From an uncultured virus (IMG/VR IMGVR_UViG_3300020475_000546) (Duplodnaviria; Heunggongvirae; Uroviricota; Caudoviricetes), in IMG/VR virus record IMGVR_UViG_3300020475_000546, positions 1 through 64,000 of that record: 64,000 nt of DNA; one strand, 5' to 3'. Numbering within the stretch: position 1 is the stretch's first letter; each line of letters starts with the position of its first letter. Position numbers and translations under genes: made by a program. The notes under the pieces are model-generated. The model was not told the DNA's origin, made no database searches, and worked only from the letters and a program-made list of their open reading frames with translations. This document shows, one piece after another, positions 21,498 through 32,644 of this stretch.

Positions 21498-22109
21498 TTA
21501 TGGTTCTTGAATGCTATCATCCTTGACAGGAATGTAAGGCCAATTCCAACCGTTTATGTCGCCTACGAAATCTCCATACTTCTCAAACATTCTTTGGATG
21601 TATTCTTCTATCGGTTCTTCGTGAGTAAGCCAAGTATCAAACCAAGCGAAATCCCAATAGCTTCCTTCTGGGGCTTCCCATGTGTCTATATCGGCATGAA
21701 TCAATGTAAATCGGTCATCTTTCGAACAATGTTCCCAAACCAAATCAATCACATCTTGCTCTTTTTCAACAATAGTAACGCTTGTAATATCGTCTGAAGC
21801 TAATAGGGGGATGTTAATCATCCCTATCCCTAAACCGCCAATAAGAACAGAACCACTTCTCTCAGTAACCCATTTATGTTCTTTGTATTCTCTCGGTGAG
21901 TCTTGCATTATATTGAGCTTAGCGTTTTGAGGGCCATAAGCCTCAAACAAAACAGTATATGTTCCATCGGGCAAATCTGCATATTTACAATAAGTCTGCC
22001 AAGATAAAGGGCCTTTTGGCTCGGTATCAACCCTTTGATAATCTAATATCTGTATAGAAAATCGCCCTGATTCTCCTTCAGGTATTCCTGTTACCTCCCA
22101 ACGACTCAT
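21498..22109 (-). CDS. class I SAM-dependent methyltransferase (spermidine-synthase-like fold)
   Basis: VLIGGLGIG (motif I), VTIVE, IHAD, WDFAWFD. Confidence 0.8.
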   Translation of the reverse strand: MSRWEVTGIPEGESGRFSIQILDYQRVDTEPKGPLSWQTYCKYADLPDGTYTVLFEAYGPQNAKLNIMQDSPREYKEHKWVTERSGSVLIGGLGIGMINIPLLASDDITSVTIVEKEQDVIDLVWEHCSKDDRFTLIHADIDTWEAPEGSYWDFAWFDTWLTHEEPIEEYIQRMFEKYGDFVGDINGWNWPYIPVKDDSIQEP

Positions 22110-22113
22110 ATTA

Positions 22114-24072
22114 TCACGGAATCTCTATATTCACTTTAAGTTGCGTGGCTGTGGTACTGCCTGAGCTATTAGTAGCAGTAGCATCAACATCAAAATGAAA
22201 CCCATCGCCCGATTGACTCAACAACAAATATCCTCTTCCTCCTGAATTGTGTTCCGCAACAGCCGTTTCGCCTATTCCGCCCGTACCCGTGCAATCTTGA
22301 GCTGTTGATGGCGTACCAGATGTGCTGACACTCGCAAGTGCGCTAAAGGTGTCTTGATTTACAGTAGCACCGCTTAAATCCCATGCGTAGCTAGTAGCCC
22401 CTGATGCACGAATATAAGCTCTCACAGCCCATCTTAGAATACCGCTATTATTCAATAGAGCCTGATTGTAATCTTGACCAAAAACCAGATCTAATGTCAC
22501 TTGATTACTTGAAAAACCACTACCATCAGATGCGGGTGCTGATGTCATAGGATTTTGACCGGAAGCCCCAAGTGTAGTCAATTCAATACTGACCGCATTA
22601 TTGTAATTTCCACTTGAGCTGGTTGCTATGCTTACCCCTGATGGTGCGCTTGCATTATTCTGAGTAGTTGCGTTAGCTACAGAAGAATAAGCTCCATCCC
22701 CTCCGGGGTCGGTATATGCTCGAACTCTAAAGTAATAAGTGGTATTCAATGTCAATCCCGTTGCATTATAAGATGTGGATGCTGTAGTCCCAATCTGAGA
22801 ATATCCCGAACCGGATGATGTGGATCGTTCAATTTTGTATCCGGCTTCCGTGCCTGTGGGGTTATTCCATGACAAATTGATTTGAGTATTTGATACCGCA
22901 CTTGCAGACAGTCCAGAAACTTGATTAGGTAATGTAAAACGGTTCTCTATACTTGAATATGCACTGGTGCCTTCAGTATTTACAGCTTTGATTCTGTAAT
23001 AGTACCGTGTCCCTGCACTTAATCCAGTATCGTTATATGATGTTGCCGTAACACCTGACGCAATTTGCGAATATCCCGAACCGGATGAAAGAGAGCGATC
23101 AATTGTGTATGAATCCGTGCTTCCACTACCCGAACCATCTGACCAAGATAGGTTTAGCTGTGAAGTTGAAGCTGTGGTTATTGCTAAACTTGTAGGCACT
23201 CCGGGTATTTGAGCTAACACGACTCTATTAACTTCATCATCCGTTTCTTCTATGATATACAGATAACTCCAATCGTCATCAAACCAAATACCGCCACCCG
23301 TGCTTAATCCAAAACCCCCCGATGACGAATGAAATGCTGCTGTTGATATATCCCATGCAGTTGTAAGATTGTATTTGTGACAATCGCCACCACTATTATC
23401 ATACACTACAAAGGCATATCCATCACTTGAAAAATGGAGTCCAGATGTAACTACTGATTTTGCCGATATGTCAAATGATTGATTATGACTCGCTGTGCCT
23501 AAATCATAAGCCGTTGATAAGTCATATTCATCTACATTGTCTGGTTGATAGCCAACAACATATAGCTTTAGGCCATCATTTCTCACATAGCCATCATACA
23601 TAGTAGTGGTTTGACTTGAAACTGATAATGTGTTCGTTACATGAGATCCTGTTGAGAGGTCATAAGCGGTGGATAAATCCCACCTATCAACAACAGTCCT
23701 TCCAAATGTGAAGAGCTTACTACCATCATCTGCAAAATCAAAACCACCGAGTAGGTGTTCGTAAGTGCCGATAGATAAGTGGTCTGAAGCTGTGCTTGAT
23801 ACGGATGCCGTTGAAAGGTCAAAGTTGGTACTTAGGGGGTATTCAATCACATAATCATTGAATGTTCCCGCCATTGAACCCGCAAACAAAATAGAACCGT
23901 CTGGTTTTAGCCCAACGCCATGAGCGTATGTTGTTTTGCCGTCTAAATCGTAAGTCTGATCAATATTGCCACTATTGAAGCCGGATAATGTCTTAGCCCA
24001 AATATCGGGGTCTGCTTCGTTAGCAGATTCAAATTGTTGAATACAGCCAATCAGACCTTTCATGTATGCCAT
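22114..24072 (-). CDS. putative adhesin with beta-propeller (YDLSTA repeats) and two fibronectin type III domains
   Basis: Repeated Y-x-L-S/T-T-A-[YW]-D-[LI]-S-T-A blades; FN3 signatures LSW...Y...YNDTGL...YYYRIKAVN and YYFRVRAY. Confidence 0.75.
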   Translation of the reverse strand: MAYMKGLIGCIQQFESANEADPDIWAKTLSGFNSGNIDQTYDLDGKTTYAHGVGLKPDGSILFAGSMAGTFNDYVIEYPLSTNFDLSTASVSSTASDHLSIGTYEHLLGGFDFADDGSKLFTFGRTVVDRWDLSTAYDLSTGSHVTNTLSVSSQTTTMYDGYVRNDGLKLYVVGYQPDNVDEYDLSTAYDLGTASHNQSFDISAKSVVTSGLHFSSDGYAFVVYDNSGGDCHKYNLTTAWDISTAAFHSSSGGFGLSTGGGIWFDDDWSYLYIIEETDDEVNRVVLAQIPGVPTSLAITTASTSQLNLSWSDGSGSGSTDSYTIDRSLSSGSGYSQIASGVTATSYNDTGLSAGTRYYYRIKAVNTEGTSAYSSIENRFTLPNQVSGLSASAVSNTQINLSWNNPTGTEAGYKIERSTSSGSGYSQIGTTASTSYNATGLTLNTTYYFRVRAYTDPGGDGAYSSVANATTQNNASAPSGVSIATSSSGNYNNAVSIELTTLGASGQNPMTSAPASDGSGFSSNQVTLDLVFGQDYNQALLNNSGILRWAVRAYIRASGATSYAWDLSGATVNQDTFSALASVSTSGTPSTAQDCTGTGGIGETAVAEHNSGGRGYLLLSQSGDGFHFDVDATATNSSGSTTATQLKVNIEIP

Positions 24073-24076
24073 TGAA

Positions 24077-27000
24077 TCACCCGATGTATATCCACTTATC
24101 AGCTACAGGGCTAATGTAGGTTCTTGCGGTTTCATCGGCCATAGCAGCGTGAGCTGTCCAGTTTGTTGCGATTGCGTTGCCTGAACCTAAGCTTGGTGTT
24201 GCTGCACCATTTGTATTGTTGATGATAACGAACTGCTGACCTGCTTCGGCATTAGCGGGTAATGTAAGTGTCCCACCAGTCCAATAAATGGTCTTGCCCG
24301 AATCAGCATCTACTAATGATGTGTTAGAGCTAACTGCCTTGATAACGGTCTTGTAGCCTTGAATTGTTCCGGCAACAGTCAAAGCTGAACCATCAAAGGT
24401 CATATTTGCTTCTGCGTTCATAGCGTCTGCGCCTGTTGCCGTTAGGACTCTATTGTTAGAGCCGTTAGACATGAAGTCAGATACATCTACGCTGAAGGTA
24501 GTACTGCTCAAATCTAAACCTGTTCCAGCTGAGTAGGTAGTGTTAGTATCTGTAACAGTAGATGTAATAGTAACTGTTCCATCAGCAGTTGTTTCAGTTT
24601 CTATTCCTGTTCCACCTGTAAATGTCAATGTTTCTCCATGAGCAATTGTTGTAGAATTACTATTTGTATCTACACCAATATTGAATGTAGTTAATTGGTT
24701 AGTGTTAGTATTAGTATCGGTAGGCGTTGCCCATGTTCCATCCTTCCTCAAGAATGTATCATTGTGAGTAGAGCTACCTGCAATAACAAGCCCTGCTGCG
24801 TATGAGTTACCGCTACCCATCGCACTATATGTCGTGTTAGTGTCGGTATCGGGCGGAACTACCCATGTTCCATCTCTTCGAAGGAAATACCCACCATGAG
24901 TAGCATTACCCGCAGGTGTTAGACCCGCAGCGTATGAGTTACCGCTACCCATTGTAGAATATGTCGTATTAGTATCAATTGCATCTTGTAAATTATCAAG
25001 TGTCATATACTTCCAAGCATCAGCCGATTCATCCCATAACAGGATTTTATCATCGGTAGCATCAGTTGATTCATTTAATTCCGATAGGTTTGCAGGATCA
25101 TCTAACCCTAATGTAGCTGAATAACTACCCGAACCAGTATTTGTTTCACTTGATATTGTAATAGGAGAAGTTACTGTTAAATCAACACCAGTTATATCGC
25201 CCGTATTTGTTGTATATCCGTATGCTAAAATCTTATCTTCAATAGCGGCAGAAGTCATTATTGATGTATCATTGTTAGAAAAGGACTCGCTACTGAGCTG
25301 TATGCTATTAGCGGCAAACTCAGATACAGTCAAACCGCTTACATTGAGAGTTACGCCACCGCTTGACCCTCCACCCGATAACCCCGTTCCGGCAGTTACG
25401 CCTGTAATGTCACCTGTATTGGTAGTGTAGCTGTATGATAGAATCTTATCTTCAATAGCAGCTGAGGTCATTATTGATGTATCGTTATTGGCGAAGGATT
25501 CTGATGATAATTGAATTGAGTTGGCTGCAAACTCAGATACAGTCAATCCACTCACATTAAGCGTAGCAGATCCACTGGTAGCTCCGCCACTCAATCCCGT
25601 TCCAGCTACTACTGCTGTAATGTCGCCTGTATTGGTCGTATAGCCAAAGTCCGTGACGAAAGTATGTATCTGATCGGCGGTGGCTAAACCACTTCCACCA
25701 TCAGCAATTGTAGCGGTATCTAAGACCGCACCCGTTCCTAACCCTAAGTTGGTTCTTGCTGTTCCGGCATTAGCTAAGTCAGATAAGTTGCTCGATTTAG
25801 CGAGCTTAGTGCCGATGCTTGTAGTAATAGTGGATGAGAAGGAAGCATCATCGTTAATCGCTGCCGCCAATTCGTTTAGCGTGTCTAACGCAGCAGGGGC
25901 AGAAGCGACCAAGTTAGATACAGAAGTATCAACATAGGTCTTGATTGACTGTTGGGATGCAGCGTGAGTCGCTGAGTTTGAAGTCATATCATCTTCATCT
26001 TTCAAATCAATATTGAGCGTGACACCGCCACTTGAACCGCCACCAGATAGACCTGTACCCGCAGTAACCCCAGTTATGTCGCCTGTGTTGGTAGTATATC
26101 CATAAGCCTCAATCTTATCGGCAATAGCAGCAGAAGTCATCAAAGAAGTGTCGTCATCAGAAAATGACTCGGAACTTAACTGAATACTACCTGCTGCTAA
26201 TTCTGAAACAGTAAGACCACTTACATTGAGAGTTGCAGAACCACTTGTTGCACCGCCACTCAGACCTGTTCCAGCTACTACTGCTGTAATGTCGCCCCCG
26301 CCTGTTCCATATCCGTATGATTCTATTTTATCTGCAATAGCGGCAGAAGTCATCAAAGATGTGTCGTTATCTGTAAAACTGGTGGCGATTGTAGTAACAG
26401 TAGCACCGCTTCCTATCTTAATACCCGAATTGTTTGCTGTGAGTTTGGTTGAGCCACCTGTACCAAGTGTTATCACATCAGGAGTAAATCCAATTTTTGT
26501 ATTTGTATCCCCATCGTGAATAATTTCTGTTTCTACTGTAACGGTGCTGAATGACGGATCTGCACTTACATTGAGAGTAGCTGCACCACTTGTAGCTCCA
26601 CCCGAAAGATTTGTTCCGGCTACTACTGATGTAATATCTCCTGTGTTAGTCGTATATCCATAGCTCTCAATTTTCTCCTTAATTGCACCAGATGACATAA
26701 TATGGTCATCAGTATCAACAAACTCAGAACCAATATCAATATCATCAAACGCATGACCGCCTATTGTTACCGAACCTGCGGTAGTAAATCCGCCCGCAGT
26801 AATTACACCTGATGTTGTATCGTTAGCGTTATTGACTAAGAAAGCATCATCCACATTGAAAGTAGTACCACTCAATGAGATGTTAGTACCTGCTGAGTAA
26901 GTCGTTCCCGAATCTCCCCATTCTAAGATAGTACCGCTTGATGGAACTTTCAATATCTGACCAGAAGAACCTATTGTGTTAGGTAGTTTGAAAACAACCG

Positions 27001-30000
27001 CACCCTCCTTATGTATCTCAACATTCCCCGTACCATCAGTTTCTAATTCAATATGAGAATTAGCTGCTGCGACACTATCATACGCAATTGTGATTTTCGA
27101 GTGTCCTGTTGCCGCACTATTCCTCAATATCAAGTTATGAGAACCCGATGTGAGCGTTCCCGCTGCCGCACCATTGGCTATATTGAGCGTGTTAGTCGCA
27201 TCAGTATAGAAGAAAGTGGATGACCCTGTAATGTTCGTTCCGCTTCCAAACGCTACCTGAGTATTAGCGATGCTACCCCCAATCCCTCCCGATGCAGTAG
27301 TGTCAATGGAATCTTGTAGGTTATCAAGCGTCATGTATTTCCAAGATCCGGCAGACTCATCCCAAAGCAGAATCTTATCGTCAGTAGCATCCGTGCTTTC
27401 ATTAAGCTCAGATAGATTAGCAGGGTCATCTAAACCAAGTGTTGCCGAGTATGAACCAGATGTTGTGTTTGTTTCACTTGAAATTGTAATCGGAGATGTG
27501 ACGGTTAAATCAACACCCGTAATATCTCCTGTATTCGTAGTATAACCGTATGCTTCTATCTTATCTTGAATTGCAGCTGAGGTCATCAAGCTCGTATCGT
27601 CATCTGAGAAAGACTCAGAACTGAGTTGTAAGCTATTTGCAGCCAATTCAGACACAGTAAGGCCACTAACATTGAGAGTCGCAGACCCACTCGTAGCCCC
27701 GCCCGATAAGCCCGTTCCCGCTACAACAGCAGTTATGTCGCCTGTGTTGGTTGTGTATCCGTATGCCTCTATCTTATCTTGAATTGCGGCACTTGTCATT
27801 ACAGAAGTATCATTATCAGCAAAGGACTCAGAACTGAGTTGAATACTGTTAGCAGCGAACTCAGATACTGTTAGCCCACTAACATTGAGGGTTGCAGACC
27901 CACTCGTAGCTCCACCAGAAAGTCCTGTCCCTGCTACTACCGCAGTAATATCTCCTGTATTCGTAGTGTAACCGAAATCAGTAACAAATGTATGTATCTG
28001 ATCTGCTGTAGCTAACCCCGAACCCCCATCGGCTATCGCAGCAGTATCTAAAACCGCACCTGTGCCTAATCCTAAGTTTGTTCGAGCCGTACCTGCATTG
28101 GCTAGATCCGATAGATTACTTGATTTTGCGAGTTTAGTACCAATACTGGTAGTAATAGTGGATGAGAAGCTTGCATCGTCATTGATAGCGGCAGCTAATT
28201 CATTCAAGGTATCTAATGCACCGGGGGCTGAAGCGACTAATCCAGATACTTCTGCATCCACATACGCTTTGATTGATTGCTGAGAAGCTGCGTGTGTTGC
28301 GGAGTCTGAAGCCATGTCATCTTCATCTTTCAAATCAACATTAAGCGTAACACTACCACTTGACCCTCCACCCGATAATCCTGTTCCAGCGGTCACACCA
28401 GTAATATCACCCGCATTTGTAGTATAACCAAATGATTCTATTCTATCGTTAATTGCGGCAGAAGTCATTAGAGTTGTATCATTGTCTGCAAACGATTCTG
28501 ACGATGTAGTTAGAGATGCACCTGCTAATTCAGATACTGTTATCCCACTTACATTCAATGTTACAGAACCACTACTGCCTCCACCGGATAATCCTGTCCC
28601 GGCTGTAACTCCTGTAATATCTCCCGTAGTAGTAGAATATCCGTATGATTCAATCTTATCTGCAATTGCAGCGGAAGTCATTACAGAAGTGTCATTGTCT
28701 GCAAAAGATTCTGAGCTGAGCTGGATGCTATTAGCAGCAAACTCGGACACGGTTAATCCACTTACATTAAGCGTAGCCGATCCAGATGTTGCCCCGCCCG
28801 ATAGCCCTGTTCCAGCTACGACAGCAGTAATATCTCCCGCACCCGAACCAAAACCTTGAGCATCTATGTAATCATATACTGCATTACCTGTAACTAAACC
28901 TGCTTCTCCGTCTGCAACGCCCGATGAACCATCTGTAGCTACTGCCTTTACCGCAGCCGTGCCTAATCCCAAATTAGTCCGTGCCGTTCCAGCATTGACC
29001 AAATCAGAAAGGTTGCTTGATTTAGCAAGCTTAGTACCTATACTGGTTGTAACTGTTGTTGAGAATGACGCATCATCATTCAAAGCGGCTGCAAGCTCGT
29101 TTAGAGTATCTAATGCGTCTGGTGCAGAATCAACAATACTTGCCGTCTTATTGTCTATGTATGTCTTGATAGACTGTTGAGATGCTACTTTTGTAGCACT
29201 ATTGCTCGCCATGTCATCTTCATCTAACAAATCGGATGAGATAGCGTAGTTATTCGCACTTGTAGCTATACCGTCTAACTTAGTCTTGAGAGTATTAGTG
29301 AAGTTATTCTGCGTTAATCCCCCGTCACCAACGCTATATGTGGTGTTAGTATCTGTTGATGCGATTGTTACTGCACCTGCACTTTCAGTTATTGTTACAT
29401 TAGAACCCGCAGTAAAGGCAAGGGTTTCTGATGCCCCAAGAGTATTGCCCCCCGCAGTTACTGTTCTGACTGTGTTTGTATCTATCTTGTCTTGAAGGTC
29501 ATCTATTCTAATGTAATTCCAATCACCTTCGCTGTTATCCCAAATGTAAATCTGATCTGCATCATCAACAATTGTAGTGCTTCCCGCACCATCATCCGTC
29601 AATTGAGATACGGAAGCAGGGTCATTGAGAGAAAATACAGTACCATTCAACAAAAGCCCCGTTCCGGCAGTATAAGTAGTGTTTGTATTAGTGGTAAATG
29701 TTAGATTGTTCTGCATATAGGTCTGCAATACAGATGTATCCATTTTTTTAAGAACACCTGCATCGCTAATCACAAACTCATCGGTGCTTGCTAATCCGCT
29801 TGTAATTGCAGCTTGACCTGTTATATCCCCTACAACAAAGTTAGATGAGCCTGATGTAGCGAAGTTTTGAGCTGCGATATAATCAAACACAGCATTACCC
29901 GTAACCAAATCACCCTCACCATCGGCAACACCGCCCGAACCATCAGTAGCAACGCCCTTTACCGCAGCAGCCCCCAATCCTAAGTTTGTTCGAGCTGTTC

Positions 30001-32644
30001 CCGCATTAGCTAAGTCCGAAAGATTGCTTGACTTTGCTAATTTAGTACCGATGCTAGTGGTAATTGTTGTTGAGAAAGAAGCATCGTCATTCAATGCGGC
30101 TGCTAACTCATTTAATGTGTTCAATGCGGCAGGTGCAGTATCTACAATTCCAGATACCTGTGAATCAACATAAGCCTTGATTGATTGCTGACTTGCGGCA
30201 GCAGTAGCACTATTTGATGAAAAATCATCTTCATCATGTAGTGTTAATTGTGTATTCGTATCTGTTGATGCAATAGTTACTGCACCGCTACTTTCACTAA
30301 TCGTTATGTTAGATCCTGCCGTAAAAGCCAATGTTTCAGAAGAACCTAATGTATTTCCACCTGCCGTAATGGGTCTGAATGTATTAGTATCGCTAACAGA
30401 ATTAGTAATTGTTACTGCACCACCGCTTTCAGCGATAGTAATCCCCGTTCCGGCAGTAAAGGCCAATGTTTCTGATGCCCCTAATGTGTTGCCACCTGCG
30501 GTGACTGTCCTAAATGAGTTAGAATCGGTGCTATATCCATAAGACAATATCTTGTCTTGTATAGCGGCAGAAGTCATTAAGCTCGTATCATTATCAGCAA
30601 AAGATTCTGAGCTAAGTTGAATACTGTTGGCGGCCAATTCCGATACCGTCAATCCACTAACATTGAGAGTCACCGTGCCTGATGTTCCACCACCCGTCAA
30701 ACCAGTCCCTGCAACAACGCCTTCAATATCAGCTGCATTGGTGGCTATTGTGATTGTATCTCCGCTTGGGGTTATGGTGATGTTAGTACCTGCTTCAAGC
30801 GTAATATCGTCATTACCCGTTCCACTACCCCCTGCTGTAAGGCGGATAATTGCATCATCACCAGAATCAACGGCACTAATTGAGTAAGTAGTATCTGTAT
30901 CTGTTACGGATTCAGTAGCTGAAGCTATGCCTGTTACATGGCCGTCTGAATCAAGAGTAATGTCTTGAATGTAAGTCCTACCACTATTATCTACTGAGCT
31001 GGCTGCACTAATGTTGGGATGAGCTGAAGCTATGGTTATCTGATCGGGTGTTGTTGAAGTATCGGGCGTTATAGTGATGTTAGAACCCGCAACCAATTTC
31101 ACCGATACCGTTCCAGAACCACTACCACCTGCTATCAAATCAATCAAAGCATCACTTGAGCTATCAGATGCAGCGAGCGTGTAAGTCGTATCTGTATTAG
31201 CTGACGATGTATCTATTGAGTCTTGTAGATTATCAAGAGTCATGTATTTCCAAGCAGAAGCGGATTCATCCCAAAGCAATATCTTATCATCGGTAGCATC
31301 TGAAGCTTCATCAAGTTGAGATAATGTTACCGGATCTGCAAGTCCAACCGTATCGCCCGTCAAAGTGATTGGGGATGAAACAGCAAGATTCGTATCATCA
31401 CTAACATCAATCTGACCTAATGTGATTGCTTGGCTGCTTATTGATAGATAGTCATGACTAGATGTTATGAGAGTCACATTAGTTGAGTTATCAGTACCTG
31501 CTGCATCAACACCTAAGTTAGTCCGAGCTGTTCCCGCATTAGTAAGGTCAGAAAGATTACTTGATTTTGCTAACTTAGTCCCAACAAGATTGGTAATTGT
31601 AGTATGAAATGATGAGTCGTCATTGATTGCAGCGGCCAATTCATTTAGTGTATCTAACGCACCCGGAGCAGATGCAACCAAATCTGTAACTTTTGTATCA
31701 ACATACGCCTTTATTGATTGTTGAGATGAAGCATGGGTAGCTGAGTCAGACGACATATCATCTTCGTCTTTCAAATCAAGATTGAGAGTAACTGAACCCG
31801 ATGAGCCACCACCTGATAGGCCAGTCCCTGCGGTCACACCTGTAATATCGCCTACTTGTGTAGTGTAGCCATAGCTCAGAATCTTATCTTGTATGGCGGC
31901 AGAAGTCATCAATGAAGTATCATTGTCTGCAAACGACTCAGAACTAATCTGAAGGCTATTTGCTGCTATCTCAGATACTGTAATTCCACTTACATTCAAG
32001 GTAACTGCACCGCTTGAGCCACCACCCGTCAAACCTGTTCCGGCTGTGACGGAAGTAATATCGCCTAACTCTTGAGTAGTCCAAACTCCATCAATAGCTA
32101 CAACAGCGTGATTGTTTGTAGGTGTAAGATTAGCAAACTCGGTCAGTTGAGGATCATAACTTTGCCATACATCTGCACCAACAATGTCATTCGTTGAAGG
32201 ATTGATGAATGATACATCACTACCAGCTGATAGGCTAAAGGTGACTACCTCAAATTGCATTGTGTATCTAAACAGCTTCTTTGCCCTGTCCGATAAGTCG
32301 GTTCGAGTCTTGAAGATAACACGATCAATGTTTTTGTTATCTCCCTTCCTAAACCCATGAAGTATTCTTCTAACCTCATTTCTTATTTCAGACAAACGCT
32401 TTCTGCTCTTGACTGTTCTAATGTCTATTGTGAGGTTGATATGCTCATTGACGAAATCATACAAAAGCTCTGGTTGTGATTCATTGTGAGCTGTTTCAAA
32501 GATTCTGATTACATCTTTATCTTGTAGCCTTACTCTCTTACCATCGCCCTTGTCTATGTTAGCAATATCTTGTATAGATGGCTTAGGTGCTTTAGACCAA
32601 TTAGCGTCAAGAATATTGACGAGAATTGCGATTGCGTCAGTCAC
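24077..32644 (-). CDS. 2855-aa repetitive fibre protein fused to an N-terminal tail-terminator/neck-like domain
   Basis: About 140-aa globular N-terminus (LTIDIRT..RLSEIRNEVRRIL..FRYTMQFEV); then 5 x AP.ALdTLNELAAA.NDD and about 13 x GDIT.V.AGTGL.GG repeats. Confidence 0.75.
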   Translation of the reverse strand: MTDAIAILVNILDANWSKAPKPSIQDIANIDKGDGKRVRLQDKDVIRIFETAHNESQPELLYDFVNEHINLTIDIRTVKSRKRLSEIRNEVRRILHGFRKGDNKNIDRVIFKTRTDLSDRAKKLFRYTMQFEVVTFSLSAGSDVSFINPSTNDIVGADVWQSYDPQLTEFANLTPTNNHAVVAIDGVWTTQELGDITSVTAGTGLTGGGSSGAVTLNVSGITVSEIAANSLQISSESFADNDTSLMTSAAIQDKILSYGYTTQVGDITGVTAGTGLSGGGSSGSVTLNLDLKDEDDMSSDSATHASSQQSIKAYVDTKVTDLVASAPGALDTLNELAAAINDDSSFHTTITNLVGTKLAKSSNLSDLTNAGTARTNLGVDAAGTDNSTNVTLITSSHDYLSISSQAITLGQIDVSDDTNLAVSSPITLTGDTVGLADPVTLSQLDEASDATDDKILLWDESASAWKYMTLDNLQDSIDTSSANTDTTYTLAASDSSSDALIDLIAGGSGSGTVSVKLVAGSNITITPDTSTTPDQITIASAHPNISAASSVDNSGRTYIQDITLDSDGHVTGIASATESVTDTDTTYSISAVDSGDDAIIRLTAGGSGTGNDDITLEAGTNITITPSGDTITIATNAADIEGVVAGTGLTGGGTSGTVTLNVSGLTVSELAANSIQLSSESFADNDTSLMTSAAIQDKILSYGYSTDSNSFRTVTAGGNTLGASETLAFTAGTGITIAESGGAVTITNSVSDTNTFRPITAGGNTLGSSETLAFTAGSNITISESSGAVTIASTDTNTQLTLHDEDDFSSNSATAAASQQSIKAYVDSQVSGIVDTAPAALNTLNELAAALNDDASFSTTITTSIGTKLAKSSNLSDLANAGTARTNLGLGAAAVKGVATDGSGGVADGEGDLVTGNAVFDYIAAQNFATSGSSNFVVGDITGQAAITSGLASTDEFVISDAGVLKKMDTSVLQTYMQNNLTFTTNTNTTYTAGTGLLLNGTVFSLNDPASVSQLTDDGAGSTTIVDDADQIYIWDNSEGDWNYIRIDDLQDKIDTNTVRTVTAGGNTLGASETLAFTAGSNVTITESAGAVTIASTDTNTTYSVGDGGLTQNNFTNTLKTKLDGIATSANNYAISSDLLDEDDMASNSATKVASQQSIKTYIDNKTASIVDSAPDALDTLNELAAALNDDASFSTTVTTSIGTKLAKSSNLSDLVNAGTARTNLGLGTAAVKAVATDGSSGVADGEAGLVTGNAVYDYIDAQGFGSGAGDITAVVAGTGLSGGATSGSATLNVSGLTVSEFAANSIQLSSESFADNDTSVMTSAAIADKIESYGYSTTTGDITGVTAGTGLSGGGSSGSVTLNVSGITVSELAGASLTTSSESFADNDTTLMTSAAINDRIESFGYTTNAGDITGVTAGTGLSGGGSSGSVTLNVDLKDEDDMASDSATHAASQQSIKAYVDAEVSGLVASAPGALDTLNELAAAINDDASFSSTITTSIGTKLAKSSNLSDLANAGTARTNLGLGTGAVLDTAAIADGGSGLATADQIHTFVTDFGYTTNTGDITAVVAGTGLSGGATSGSATLNVSGLTVSEFAANSIQLSSESFADNDTSVMTSAAIQDKIEAYGYTTNTGDITAVVAGTGLSGGATSGSATLNVSGLTVSELAANSLQLSSESFSDDDTSLMTSAAIQDKIEAYGYTTNTGDITGVDLTVTSPITISSETNTTSGSYSATLGLDDPANLSELNESTDATDDKILLWDESAGSWKYMTLDNLQDSIDTTASGGIGGSIANTQVAFGSGTNITGSSTFFYTDATNTLNIANGAAAGTLTSGSHNLILRNSAATGHSKITIAYDSVAAANSHIELETDGTGNVEIHKEGAVVFKLPNTIGSSGQILKVPSSGTILEWGDSGTTYSAGTNISLSGTTFNVDDAFLVNNANDTTSGVITAGGFTTAGSVTIGGHAFDDIDIGSEFVDTDDHIMSSGAIKEKIESYGYTTNTGDITSVVAGTNLSGGATSGAATLNVSADPSFSTVTVETEIIHDGDTNTKIGFTPDVITLGTGGSTKLTANNSGIKIGSGATVTTIATSFTDNDTSLMTSAAIADKIESYGYGTGGGDITAVVAGTGLSGGATSGSATLNVSGLTVSELAAGSIQLSSESFSDDDTSLMTSAAIADKIEAYGYTTNTGDITGVTAGTGLSGGGSSGGVTLNIDLKDEDDMTSNSATHAASQQSIKTYVDTSVSNLVASAPAALDTLNELAAAINDDASFSSTITTSIGTKLAKSSNLSDLANAGTARTNLGLGTGAVLDTATIADGGSGLATADQIHTFVTDFGYTTNTGDITAVVAGTGLSGGATSGSATLNVSGLTVSEFAANSIQLSSESFANNDTSIMTSAAIEDKILSYSYTTNTGDITGVTAGTGLSGGGSSGGVTLNVSGLTVSEFAANSIQLSSESFSNNDTSIMTSAAIEDKILAYGYTTNTGDITGVDLTVTSPITISSETNTGSGSYSATLGLDDPANLSELNESTDATDDKILLWDESADAWKYMTLDNLQDAIDTNTTYSTMGSGNSYAAGLTPAGNATHGGYFLRRDGTWVVPPDTDTNTTYSAMGSGNSYAAGLVIAGSSTHNDTFLRKDGTWATPTDTNTNTNQLTTFNIGVDTNSNSTTIAHGETLTFTGGTGIETETTADGTVTITSTVTDTNTTYSAGTGLDLSSTTFSVDVSDFMSNGSNNRVLTATGADAMNAEANMTFDGSALTVAGTIQGYKTVIKAVSSNTSLVDADSGKTIYWTGGTLTLPANAEAGQQFVIINNTNGAATPSLGSGNAIATNWTAHAAMADETARTYISPVADKWIYIG

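Noticed and set aside
24077..32644. Fibre repeats as a DGR template/variable pair or an assembly artefact
   Set aside because: Copies differ mainly at synonymous positions of all bases, not adenine-specifically; no reverse transcriptase in the window
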